A stretch of 64,000 nt of DNA from Paracoccaceae bacterium (GCA_963921255.3 CAWUEW020000003.1:1550907-1614906); one strand, 5' to 3'; counted from the stretch's first letter, positions 20,744 to 29,559 are shown. Numbers and translations: made by a program. The notes: generated by a model from the sequence alone, not told the origin.

Positions 20744-21093
20744 TGGGCGAATTGCCCAACGCTGTGGTTTCCCCAGGCATCGCTGAAGCGAACCTGCACC
20801 CCCCCATCATGGGACAGGTCGTAGCAATCCCAGTCATCGCCCGGCGGCCATTGGCTACAGTATTGGCCGTTCATCACCCGCCAATGGCCCCATGACGGTT
20901 CGCCAAATGTGTAGAGTGTCCGGCCAGACGGACGGAAGGATTGCGTTGCGCCGTCTTCATAGACCAGGTCCTGCGCAGTCAGCAGCGCGACAATGGCGTC
21001 CGTTTCCGTCACCGCGTCCCACGTCTGTGCACCGGCGGGCATGGCTAAAGCCAGGGTCACACTTGCCGCGATATGTCTCAGATTGCCCGCCAT
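20740..21093 (-). CDS. Hypothetical secreted protein (117 aa)
   Basis: Internal ATG at 21093 of track ORF 20740..21828; the upstream part is antisense to purB. It has a signal peptide (...VTLALAMPAGAQT). The motif GHWRVMNGQYCSQWPPGDDWDCYDL is seen in small periplasmic alphaproteobacterial proteins. Confidence 0.55.
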   Translation of the reverse strand: MAGNLRHIAASVTLALAMPAGAQTWDAVTETDAIVALLTAQDLVYEDGATQSFRPSGRTLYTFGEPSWGHWRVMNGQYCSQWPPGDDWDCYDLSHDGGVQVRFSDAWGNHSVGQFAQ

Positions 21094-21162
21094 TGCTTGC
21101 CGCTCTCCCTGCCTCTGCCTATGAGAGCGCCAGACGTGCCACAAACGCAAGGCCCCTGCCCT

Positions 21163-22470
21163 ATGATCCCTCGCTATTCCCGCCCCGACATGGTTGCCCT
21201 TTGGGAACCCGCCACGAAATTTCGCATCTGGTACGAGATCGAGGCGCATGCCTGTGACGCCCAAGCGGCATTGGGTGTGATCCCCAAGGAAAATGCCGAA
21301 GCCGTCTGGAAGGCCAAGGACGTCGAATTCGACGTGGCGCGGATTGACGAAATTGAAGCCGTCACGAAACACGATGTGATCGCGTTCTTGACCCATCTGG
21401 CCGAAATCATCGGCAATGAAGAAGCGCGTTTCGTGCACCAGGGGATGACCAGTTCGGATGTTCTGGACACGACGTTCAACATTCAACTCGTGCGGGCAGC
21501 CGACATCCTCTTGGCCGACATGGACGCGCTTCTGGCCGCTCTGAAAACCCGCGCCCTTGAACACAAAATGACGGTCCGGATCGGGCGGAGCCATGGGATC
21601 CACGCCGAGCCTGTCACGATGGGCCTGACCTTTGCACGCTTCTACGCCGAGATGGATCGCAATCGGAATCGCCTGGAAAAGGCGCGCTACGAGATCGCGA
21701 CCGGCGCGATTTCGGGTGCCGTCGGGACGTTTGCCAATATTGATCCAGCCGTGGAAGAACATGTCTGCGCCCAACTGGGCCTGCGCGCCGAACCGGTCAG
21801 CACACAAGTCATCCCGCGCGACCGCCACGCAATGTTCTTCGCAACCCTTGGGGTCATCGCCAGTTCAATCGAAAACATTGCCGTGGAAATCCGGCACATG
21901 CAGCGCACCGAGGTCCTGGAAGCCGAGGAGTTTTTCTCCAAAGGCCAGAAGGGCTCCAGCGCGATGCCGCACAAACGGAACCCGGTCTTGACTGAAAACC
22001 TGACGGGCCTCGCGCGCATGGTGCGCTCTGCCGTGGTACCCGCCATGGAAAACGTGGCCCTTTGGCACGAGCGGGACATCAGTCATTCCTCCGTCGAACG
22101 CATGATCGGGCCAGATGCGACGATCACCTTGGATTTTGCACTCGCCCGCTTGACCGGCGTCATCGAGAAACTGGTGATCTATCCCGACAACATGATCGCG
22201 AACATGAACAAGTTCCGGGGCCTCGTGCATTCGCAGCGCGTTCTGCTTGCCCTGACCCAAGCGGGCGTCAGCCGCGAGGATGCCTATCGCCTTGTTCAAC
22301 GCAATGCGATGAAGGTTTGGGAAGAGGGAAGGGACTTCAAGACCGAGCTTCTGGCGGATGCCGAAGTGACGGCAGCCCTGTCGGAAGCCGAAATCGCCGA
22401 GAAGTTCGACCTTGGCTATCACACCAAGCATGTCGATACGATCTTTGCCCGGGTATTTGGCGAGAGTTGA
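21163..22470 (+). CDS. purB: Adenylosuccinate lyase
   Basis: In-frame ATG at 21163, 435 aa. MIPRYSRPDMVALWEP..., and the fumarate-lyase signature GQKGSSAMPHKRNP. Confidence 0.95.
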   Translation: MIPRYSRPDMVALWEPATKFRIWYEIEAHACDAQAALGVIPKENAEAVWKAKDVEFDVARIDEIEAVTKHDVIAFLTHLAEIIGNEEARFVHQGMTSSDVLDTTFNIQLVRAADILLADMDALLAALKTRALEHKMTVRIGRSHGIHAEPVTMGLTFARFYAEMDRNRNRLEKARYEIATGAISGAVGTFANIDPAVEEHVCAQLGLRAEPVSTQVIPRDRHAMFFATLGVIASSIENIAVEIRHMQRTEVLEAEEFFSKGQKGSSAMPHKRNPVLTENLTGLARMVRSAVVPAMENVALWHERDISHSSVERMIGPDATITLDFALARLTGVIEKLVIYPDNMIANMNKFRGLVHSQRVLLALTQAGVSREDAYRLVQRNAMKVWEEGRDFKTELLADAEVTAALSEAEIAEKFDLGYHTKHVDTIFARVFGES

Positions 22471-22622
22471 GGGGCACGACTCACCACCAGAGCGGGAGTC
22501 GAAAAAAACCCTATTCTTATCCGATGGTTAGAGCAGCCCGTCGCAGTCTTGAGTTTTCACGGCAAGCTGCTACTCTTTCAGGTGCAATTAACCGACCGGA
22601 CCTCGAGGAGGAGACGATCACC

Positions 22623-22787
22623 ATGACGTTCAAGCACTTTGCAGCCGCCTTCGTTCTGATGATGGTACCCACCCTCGCAACAGCAGAATGTGGTTGGAGC
22701 ATGGGCCATGAAGCCACGATGACGTGCGCCGATGGCACCACCTGGGACGCACAGAGCGGCACCTGCGTGCCGACCGCGACGAGCTAA
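22623..22787 (+). CDS. Small secreted Cys-containing peptide (54-aa precursor)
   Basis: Below the track cutoff as a stand-alone ORF; it is the tail of track ORF 22062..22787. GAGGAGGAG lies 7 nt upstream of the ATG. It has a signal peptide (MTFKHFAAAFVLMMVPTLATA). The mature part is ECGWSMGHEATMTCADGTTWDAQSGTCVPTATS. Confidence 0.5.
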   Translation: MTFKHFAAAFVLMMVPTLATAECGWSMGHEATMTCADGTTWDAQSGTCVPTATS

Positions 22788-22815
22788 ACGCCGCCGCCAG
22801 ACCAAACGACGGAAT

Positions 22816-22856
22816 GCGCGCGCTTCGGTTAGATCCCGGGCGCGCGTTTTTCGTTT
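22816..22856 (+). terminator. Candidate rho-independent terminator
   Basis: CGCGCGC...GCGCGCG stem (22817-22823 / 22840-22846) followed by TTTTTCGTTTT, 30 nt after the peptide stop. Confidence 0.45.
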
Positions 22857-22935
22857 TCGGTTTCGTGATTTGACCGATCGGCACGCCGGACCACCTCGTA
22901 TCCGGACAGGACTTAATCCGAACTGGAGACACCCC

Positions 22936-23487
22936 ATGCCCGCCCCTTTGCGCGTCGCCCCCCTCCTCGCTTTGATCGCTGCCCCGGCATTCGCCATTGG
23001 TGGCTTGGACGACGAGGCCCCCACATCCACCGAAACAACGGAAACCTGCGAAGCCGGCACCGTCTGGGACGAAGACAGCAGCACCTGCGTCGCCATTCAG
23101 GACAGCAACCTTCAGTTGGATCAGGACCGGTTGATCACCACCGCCCGGGAACTGGCCTATGCCGACCGTCACGACGATGCGATTGCCGTGCTGGCGCTGT
23201 CCGCTCAGCCGAACGACACGATGGTGTTGACCTATCTTGGGTTTTCGCATCGCCGCGCGGGCCGGATGGACCTGGGCCTGTCGTATTATGACCAAGCGCT
23301 CGGGGCCGACCCGGACAACATCCTCGCGCGGGCCTATCTGGGCATGGCGTATATTCAACTGGACCAACCGGAACTTGCTGAAGAGCAACTGGCCGAGATC
23401 CGCGCCCGTGGCGGCGAAGACAGCTGGCCAGACCGCGCTTTGAGCAGTGCAATCAGCGCAGGAAGCACGCGCGGATACGACTATTGA
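22936..23487 (+). CDS. Secreted TPR-repeat protein
   Basis: In-frame ATG at 22936 of track ORF 22732..23487. It has a signal peptide (...LIAAPAFA) and an N-terminal TCEAGTVWDEDSSTCV motif. TPR-like repeats follow (...GLSYYDQALGADPDNILARAYLGMAYIQLDQPELAEEQL). Confidence 0.7.
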   Translation: MPAPLRVAPLLALIAAPAFAIGGLDDEAPTSTETTETCEAGTVWDEDSSTCVAIQDSNLQLDQDRLITTARELAYADRHDDAIAVLALSAQPNDTMVLTYLGFSHRRAGRMDLGLSYYDQALGADPDNILARAYLGMAYIQLDQPELAEEQLAEIRARGGEDSWPDRALSSAISAGSTRGYDY

Positions 23488-23593
23488 GCCAAAACGTCCG
23501 CGCATAAGCCGACCAATTTGATCCAAAGCCGAAGCGTTTCGCAGCACGCCCCAACCAAACGTTAACCTCCGATCCCTACCACCCTTTCCACGT

Positions 23594-24583
23594 GTGGTGC
23601 GATCGGAGGCGCGTGAATTGGCGACCGTGGCGGTATCGGATGGTCTGGAGTCCGGGCCGGCGGGCAATCGGGTCCTGTCCCCCCGCCAAAAGGCCGCTGT
23701 GATCGTGCGCCTTCTGCTCAGTCAGGATGTGTCGCCAGGCCTTGATCGCCTGTCACCGGATCAACAAGGGGATCTCGCGCGGGCGCTGGCCTCGCTTGGT
23801 CCGGTTGACCGGGGCACCTTGCGCACCGTGATCCGGGATTTCACGCGCGCCCTGGACGACCTTGCCCTGACCACGCCGCCTGATCTGGCTGCGGCTGTGA
23901 CCCTGCTTGAACCTCACATCTCGCCGCTGGCCCGTGACACTCTGAGGTCCAAGGCCGATGCGGGCGATGGCACCGACCCTTGGGCGCAGATCGGGCGCCT
24001 CCCGACAGACCGTTTGCACCCCCTTTTGCTGAGCGAAGGCGTGGAGGTTTGCGCCGTCCTGGTGTCGAAACTCGGGGTCAGCAAGGCGGCGGAGCTTCTG
24101 TCGGGCCTTCCGGGCGACCGGGCCAATATCATCGCACACGCCGTGCACCTGACCGCCACCGTCGCGCCCGAAACAGTCGACCAGATTGGCGCCCATCTGC
24201 TGCGACGGTTGGATGCCGATCCCGTGTCCGCGTTCCTGTCCGGGCCGGTTGATCGCGTCAGTGCGATCCTGAACGCCGTCACATCGCAAGCCCGCGACGC
24301 CGTTCTGGATGGCTTGTCCCAACGGGATCAGGCCTTTGCCGACGACGTGCGCCGCGCCATCTTCACCTTCCAGCATATTCCCAAGCGCGTGGATCCCGCC
24401 GATGTCCCGCGCATCTTGCGCCAGATCGACCCGGACCAGCTTGCGACGGCTTTGGCAGCGGGGATCAAGGCGCATCCCGTCGTGGTCGAATTCCTGCTCG
24501 AGAACATGTCCAAACGCCTGGCCGAGCAACTGCGCGATGAGGCCGAGGCCGGGGACATCCAGCTGATCCCGGCAGACAGCTGA
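23594..24583 (+). CDS. FliG-like protein (flagellar motor switch family), orphan copy
   Basis: 329 aa, GTG start. FliG landmarks are present: LSPRQKAAVIVRLL (N domain), ...VEVCAVLVSKL (EHPQ-region equivalent), IFTFQHI (MFxF motif) and NMSKRLAEQLRDE (torque-helix motif). The protein ends 12 aa after that helix. The start is uncertain. Confidence 0.7.
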   Translation: MVRSEARELATVAVSDGLESGPAGNRVLSPRQKAAVIVRLLLSQDVSPGLDRLSPDQQGDLARALASLGPVDRGTLRTVIRDFTRALDDLALTTPPDLAAAVTLLEPHISPLARDTLRSKADAGDGTDPWAQIGRLPTDRLHPLLLSEGVEVCAVLVSKLGVSKAAELLSGLPGDRANIIAHAVHLTATVAPETVDQIGAHLLRRLDADPVSAFLSGPVDRVSAILNAVTSQARDAVLDGLSQRDQAFADDVRRAIFTFQHIPKRVDPADVPRILRQIDPDQLATALAAGIKAHPVVVEFLLENMSKRLAEQLRDEAEAGDIQLIPADS

Positions 24584-24604
24584 CGACGTGATCCGACGCT
24601 ATGT

Positions 24605-25567
24605 TCAGTGCCCGGTCGACCCATTCGACAGCCCGACCGCCTTCAGCGCAGGGGTAATGACGCGTTGGGCAAGGGGCATGATCAGCGTGCCGATGATCAC
24701 GCCGAACCCACCAAACAAGGCCACCTCGGCCAGCCATTCAAAGAAGCCGCCCACCGGCGAAAACGCGTGCGCGATCTCTTCGATCACGTGCTCTAGGCCC
24801 GGCCATCCCATTTGCGCCAGTCCATGCACGATGATCTGACCACCAACCCACAGCATCGCGGCGGTGCCGACAATCACAAGAAGCCACATGAAACTGGGCA
24901 TCCCTTGGACGATGGCACGCCCGACGGCCCGCCCCGCTTCGGTCCGGGCTTCCGCCGCCATGTGCAGCCCGATGTCGTCGGCCTTCACGATCAAGGCAAC
25001 GGCCCCATACACAAGGGCCGTGATCCCGATCGCGACAACGACCAAAGCGGCAGCTTCGAACATGATCGAGTCGGTGTCGAGCGCGGACAGGGCAATGGTC
25101 ATGATCTCGGCGGAGAGGATGAAATCCGTCTTGATCGCGCCCCGCACCTTTTGCTCTTCGAGATGCGCTGCATCGTGCACCTTTTCGTCAAGCGGGCGGT
25201 GGTAATCCGCAGGCGGGTTCAGCCAATGCCAGACCTTCTCGGCCCCCTCATAACAGAGATACCCGCCGCCAAGCATGAGGAGTGGCGCAATGGCCCACGG
25301 CGCAAATGCCGACAAAAGCAATGCAACCGGGAGGAGAATCACCAATTTGTTGAAGATGGACCCGCGCGCGATCTTCCAGACGATCGGCAGTTCCCGCTCG
25401 GCCGAGAAGCCATGGACGTATTTCGGTGTAACGGCGGCATCATCAATAACGGCGCCCGCCGCTTTCGCGCCCGCCTTCGATGCCTGTCCGATCACATCGT
25501 CAATCTGCGTCGCGGCCACCTTTGCGATGGCTGCAACATCGTCCAACAGTGCCAACAGTCCGCTCAT
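24605..25567 (-). CDS. DUF808 (YedI-like) inner-membrane protein
   Basis: Internal ATG at 25567. MSGLLALLDDVAAIAKVAA...DDAAVTPKYV...KTDFILSAEIM is typical DUF808. Confidence 0.8.
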   Translation of the reverse strand: MSGLLALLDDVAAIAKVAATQIDDVIGQASKAGAKAAGAVIDDAAVTPKYVHGFSAERELPIVWKIARGSIFNKLVILLPVALLLSAFAPWAIAPLLMLGGGYLCYEGAEKVWHWLNPPADYHRPLDEKVHDAAHLEEQKVRGAIKTDFILSAEIMTIALSALDTDSIMFEAAALVVVAIGITALVYGAVALIVKADDIGLHMAAEARTEAGRAVGRAIVQGMPSFMWLLVIVGTAAMLWVGGQIIVHGLAQMGWPGLEHVIEEIAHAFSPVGGFFEWLAEVALFGGFGVIIGTLIMPLAQRVITPALKAVGLSNGSTGH

Positions 25568-25642
25568 GCCCCGATCCTCTCGCGCGCTTTCGCACCACGT
25601 TACCCGGGCACAAATTGATGACAAGTGTGTCGGGCCGGGAAT

Positions 25643-25656
25643 TGTTAGCGCAATCA
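25643..25656. promoter_or_regulatory. Candidate LacI-type operator half-palindrome TGTTAGCGCAATCA (gap-1 upstream site 1)
   Basis: 14-mer with a central CG and a TGTTAG left arm. It is related to the sites at 25673, 27052 and 29483. Confidence 0.3.
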
Positions 25657-25672
25657 AGTGGCAATTTCGTAT

Positions 25673-25686
25673 AGTTAACGCTAACA
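25673..25686. promoter_or_regulatory. Candidate LacI-type operator AGTTAACGCTAACA (gap-1 upstream site 2)
   Basis: Near-palindrome with 4/5 complementary arms around the central CG, about 91 nt upstream of the gap ATG (25777). Confidence 0.35.
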
Positions 25687-25776
25687 CATTGGCATATCAC
25701 GGTTTTCAGGTTTGCATCCAACGGCATGCCGCCCCTATAGACACCCAAGTTCAAACGAATCTTCGGAGTGTGCGGA

Positions 25777-26781
25777 ATGACCATCAGACTTGGGATCAAC
25801 GGGTTTGGCCGGATCGGTCGCTGCACCTTGGCGCATATCGCGGAAGCAGGCCGCAACGATGTTGAGGTCGTGAAGATCAACGCGACCGGCCCCATCGAAA
25901 CCAACGCTCATCTGCTGCGCTACGACAGTGTCCACGGTCGGTTCCCCGGCGATGTGCGCGTGTCCGGGGATACCATGGATCTCGGGCGCGGTCCGATGAA
26001 GGTGTTTTCGACTTACGACCCGCAGGACCTCGACTGGGAGGGCTGCGACGTCGTCCTCGAATGCACCGGCAAATTCAACGAGCGCGCGAAAGCGGCCGTC
26101 CACCTGGATCGCGGTGCGAAGAAGGTTTTGGTCTCGGCGCCGGCCAAGAACGCCGACAAGACCATCGTCTACGGTGTGAACCATCGCGAGCTTCTGGACC
26201 AACACGAAGTGGTTTCGAATGGTTCCTGCACCACGAACTGCCTGGCCCCGCTCGCCAAGGTGCTGAACGATGCCATCGGCATTGAGCGTGGCATCATGAC
26301 GACGATCCACAGCTACACCGGCGACCAGCCGACCCTGGACCGTCGCCACAAGGACCTGTACCGCGCCCGTGCGGCCGCCATGGCCATGATCCCGACCTCG
26401 ACCGGGGCCGCCAAAGCGCTGAAGGAGGTTCTGCCGGAACTGGAAGGGCGCCTCGACGGAACGGCCCTGCGTGTTCCGACCCCGAACGTATCCGCGGTCG
26501 ATCTGACCTTCGAAGCCGGGAAAGACGTGAGCGTCGAGGACGTGAACGCAATCGTCGCCGAGGCCGCCGCCGGTCACATGGGTGCGGTCCTGGCCTATGA
26601 CAATGAGCCCAAGGTCTCGATCGACTTCAATCACACGACGCATTCGTCGATCTTTGCGCCCGACCAGACCAAGGTTGTTGGCGGACGGACCGTGCGTGTT
26701 CTGGCATGGTATGACAACGAATGGGGCTTCTCGGCGCGCATGGCCGATGTGTCGGCCGCCATGGGCCGCTTACTGCATTAA
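25777..26781 (+). CDS. gap: Type I glyceraldehyde-3-phosphate dehydrogenase (paralog 1)
   Basis: ATG at 25777, 334 aa. INGFGRIGR (NAD fold), the active site SNGSCTTNCLAP, and WYDNEWGFS. Confidence 0.93.
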   Translation: MTIRLGINGFGRIGRCTLAHIAEAGRNDVEVVKINATGPIETNAHLLRYDSVHGRFPGDVRVSGDTMDLGRGPMKVFSTYDPQDLDWEGCDVVLECTGKFNERAKAAVHLDRGAKKVLVSAPAKNADKTIVYGVNHRELLDQHEVVSNGSCTTNCLAPLAKVLNDAIGIERGIMTTIHSYTGDQPTLDRRHKDLYRARAAAMAMIPTSTGAAKALKEVLPELEGRLDGTALRVPTPNVSAVDLTFEAGKDVSVEDVNAIVAEAAAGHMGAVLAYDNEPKVSIDFNHTTHSSIFAPDQTKVVGGRTVRVLAWYDNEWGFSARMADVSAAMGRLLH

Positions 26782-26854
26782 TCCGACAGGGTTCTTCCCC
26801 AATTCACACCGGTGTGGCAGGGTCCGCCCCGGACCAATGGGCAGGGCGACGCGG

Positions 26855-26998
26855 ATGAACACGGCATCTTCGATCTTTTTGGCGGGATTGATTTTCGCGT
26901 TCCTGATCGTCGATGCCATTTTCTTTGACTGGTCTCTGAGCCTGTTCCTGGGACAGCGGTTTGCCGGCCTTTTGTCCTGGGCGGCATTCTGGCGCTGA
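26855..26998 (+). CDS. Possible small hydrophobic protein (47 aa)
   Basis: Tail of track ORF 26582..26998 from the ATG at 26855. The sequence MNTASSIFLAGLIFAFLIVDAIFFDWSLSLFLGQRFAGLLSWAAFWR is very hydrophobic. The RBS is weak and the ORF could be non-coding. Confidence 0.3.
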   Translation: MNTASSIFLAGLIFAFLIVDAIFFDWSLSLFLGQRFAGLLSWAAFWR

Positions 26999-27051
26999 CG
27001 CCGGGCGCCTTAGGGGTTCCCTTCGTCTGCCCGTCCGACTACAAGCATCAA

Positions 27052-27065
27052 TGTTACCGCTAACA
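27052..27065. promoter_or_regulatory. Candidate LacI-type operator TGTTACCGCTAACA (gap-2 upstream)
   Basis: Perfect 5-bp arms TGTTA/TAACA (6 bp with the flanking A/T: ATGTTA..TAACAT) around a central CG. It lies 93 nt upstream of the gap-2 ATG (27158). Confidence 0.4.
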
Positions 27066-27157
27066 TTGTCAGGGTGGGCAAATCCTGTTGGGGATTGCGC
27101 CACACCGTGGCAGGCTTTGGGCACGATCCCATCGGACCGCTTTATTTGGAGGACGAC

Positions 27158-28159
27158 ATGGCCGTCAAAGTTGCCATCAACGGGTTTGGACGTATCGGGC
27201 GCAATGTGTTGCGTGCCATCATCGAACAAGGACGTACGGATATCGAGGTTGTGGCGATCAACGATCTCGGGCCCGTCGAAACCAACGCACACCTGTTGCG
27301 CTTCGACAGTGTGCACGGCCGGTTTCCGGCAGAGGTCACCACGACGGCCGACAGCATCGACGTCGGCCGCGGCCCCATCGCGGTCACCGCGATCCGCAAC
27401 CCGGCAGAGTTGCCCTGGGGCGACGTCGACATCGTGATGGAATGCACGGGCATCTTCAAAGGCGACAAAGCCTTGGTGCACTTGGAAAATGGCGCCAGCC
27501 GCGTTCTGGTCTCGGCCCCATCCTCGGGCGCAGACAAGACTATCGTTTACGGGGTCAACCACGACAGCCTGACCTCGGATGACGTGCATGTCTCGAACGC
27601 CTCCTGCACGACCAACTGCCTGGCGCCTGCGGCCCATGTCATCAACCAGGCCGTCGGGATCAAGCGCGGTTTCATGACCACGATCCACAGCTACACCGGC
27701 GACCAGCCGACGCTCGATACCATGCACTCCGATCTCTATCGCGCCCGCGCGGCGGCGATGTCGATGATCCCGACCTCAACCGGGGCCGCCAAGGCGGTCG
27801 GACTGGTTCTGCCGGAACTGAATGGGAAGCTCGACGGTGTGGCTGTGCGCGTGCCTACACCGAACGTGTCGGTTGTCGACCTGACCTTCGAGACCGAACG
27901 CGACACCACGCCCGAAGAAATCAACGCCGCGATCCACGCTGCCGCGTCCGATGGTCCGTTGAAGGGCATTCTGGGGGTGACAGACGACAAACTGGTGTCG
28001 ATGGATTTCAACCATGACCCGCATTCGTCGATCTTTGCGACCGACCAGACCAAGGTGATGGACGGAAACATGTGCCGCATCCTGACATGGTACGACAACG
28101 AGTGGGGCTTCTCCTGCCGGATGTCCGACACCGCGGTCGAGATGGCCAAGCACCTCTGA
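27158..28159 (+). CDS. gap: Type I glyceraldehyde-3-phosphate dehydrogenase (paralog 2)
   Basis: ATG at 27158 after GGAGGA, 333 aa. INGFGRIGR, SNASCTTNCLAP, WYDNEWGFS. Confidence 0.93.
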   Translation: MAVKVAINGFGRIGRNVLRAIIEQGRTDIEVVAINDLGPVETNAHLLRFDSVHGRFPAEVTTTADSIDVGRGPIAVTAIRNPAELPWGDVDIVMECTGIFKGDKALVHLENGASRVLVSAPSSGADKTIVYGVNHDSLTSDDVHVSNASCTTNCLAPAAHVINQAVGIKRGFMTTIHSYTGDQPTLDTMHSDLYRARAAAMSMIPTSTGAAKAVGLVLPELNGKLDGVAVRVPTPNVSVVDLTFETERDTTPEEINAAIHAAASDGPLKGILGVTDDKLVSMDFNHDPHSSIFATDQTKVMDGNMCRILTWYDNEWGFSCRMSDTAVEMAKHL

Positions 28160-28275
28160 TCGCCAAAACCCAACGGCGCGGGCGCGCAGCAGGTCCATAG
28201 GACGCAGGCGCGCCCCGCTGGCAGCCCACCCTTTCCGTGATACACCCGGCCCAGGATCTTTTGGGAGGTGCCCCG

Positions 28276-29457
28276 ATGACTTGGAAAACGCTCGACGACA
28301 TGGATCCTGCCGGCAAGATCGTCCTGACCCGCGTCGATATCAACGTCCCGGTTCAGGACGGCGTGGTCACCGATGACACACGCATCCAGCGCATTATCCC
28401 AACCCTCCGCGATATCCTGAGCAAGGGCGGTCTGCCCGTCATGCTGGCCCATTTCGGACGTCCAAAAGGGAAAGTCGTGCCGGAAATGTCGTTGCGGATC
28501 ACCCTGCCCGCCCTAGAGGCGGCCCTTGGCGCTGCCGTCACCTTCGTGGAGCGCCCGGACCGCACCGCGCTTGAGGCGCTGCCCGCGGGATCCGTCGTGT
28601 TGGTGGAGAACACCCGATTTGCCGCGATGGAGGAAGCCAACGACCCTCAGATGGCACAATTCCTCGCCTCGCTCGGCGATGTCTACTGCAATGACGCCTT
28701 CTCGGCCGCACATCGGGCCCATGCTTCGACCGAAGGTGTGGCGCGTCTTCTGCCCGCCTGCGCGGGTCGCCTGATGCAGGCCGAGCTGTCCGCGCTCGAA
28801 GCCGCGCTTGGCACGCCGAAGCGTCCCGTGATCGCGGTTGTGGGTGGGGCAAAGGTGTCCACCAAGCTCGATCTTTTGTCGAACCTCATCGAGAAGGTCG
28901 ACATGTTGGTGATTGGTGGCGGCATGGCCAACACCTTCCTTGCGGCACAAGGCATCGACGTAGGCAAATCCCTGTGCGAACACGATCTGGCCGACACCGC
29001 ACGCGAGATCATGGCCAAGGCGCGTGCACAGGCGTGCGAGATCCTCTTGCCAACGGACGTTGTGATCGCGCGGGAGTTCAAGGAAGGCGCCGCGAACGAA
29101 ACCGTCCCTGCCACAGCCGTGCCGTCGGATGCGATGATCCTGGATGCCGGTCCGGACAGTGTGGCGACCATCCTTGCGGCATTTGATACTGCGGAAACGT
29201 TGATCTGGAATGGCCCGCTCGGCGCGTTTGAAATCGCACCGTTCGACGCCGCCACCAACGCCGCCGCGGCCGCGGCCGCCGAAAAGACGGCCGCAGGCAC
29301 CCTGATTTCCGTCGCAGGCGGCGGCGATACGGTCGCCGCTCTCAATAAGGCCGGCGCGGCAGATCGCTTTACCTACATTTCGACGGCCGGTGGGGCGTTC
29401 CTGGAATGGATGGAAGGCAAAACCCTGCCCGGTGTCGCCGCATTGGAGCAATCCTGA
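28276..29457 (+). CDS. pgk: Phosphoglycerate kinase
   Basis: ATG at 28276 after GGGAGG, 393 aa. [15 protein letters not shown], and GGGDT near the C-terminus. Confidence 0.95.
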   Translation: MTWKTLDDMDPAGKIVLTRVDINVPVQDGVVTDDTRIQRIIPTLRDILSKGGLPVMLAHFGRPKGKVVPEMSLRITLPALEAALGAAVTFVERPDRTALEALPAGSVVLVENTRFAAMEEANDPQMAQFLASLGDVYCNDAFSAAHRAHASTEGVARLLPACAGRLMQAELSALEAALGTPKRPVIAVVGGAKVSTKLDLLSNLIEKVDMLVIGGGMANTFLAAQGIDVGKSLCEHDLADTAREIMAKARAQACEILLPTDVVIAREFKEGAANETVPATAVPSDAMILDAGPDSVATILAAFDTAETLIWNGPLGAFEIAPFDAATNAAAAAAAEKTAAGTLISVAGGGDTVAALNKAGAADRFTYISTAGGAFLEWMEGKTLPGVAALEQS

Positions 29458-29559
29458 GAAAAAGAGCGCGGCGCACGGTCCCTGTTACCGCCACCATCAT
29501 GGACAGACCGGGACGCGGTTTCTACAAATCGGGCACATCCCGGTCTCAGGAGCCCCATT

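Noticed and set aside
22577-22591. TTCA-N7-TTAA near-CtrA box 32 nt upstream of the small Cys-peptide ATG
   Set aside because: One half-site is mismatched. It is suggestive given the location, but it is not distinguishable from chance without a PWM scan or conservation data.
23561-23566. GTTAAC (CtrA half-site) upstream of the FliG-like gene
   Set aside because: A lone half-site is far too short to call. It is mentioned only as context in the FliG-like finding.
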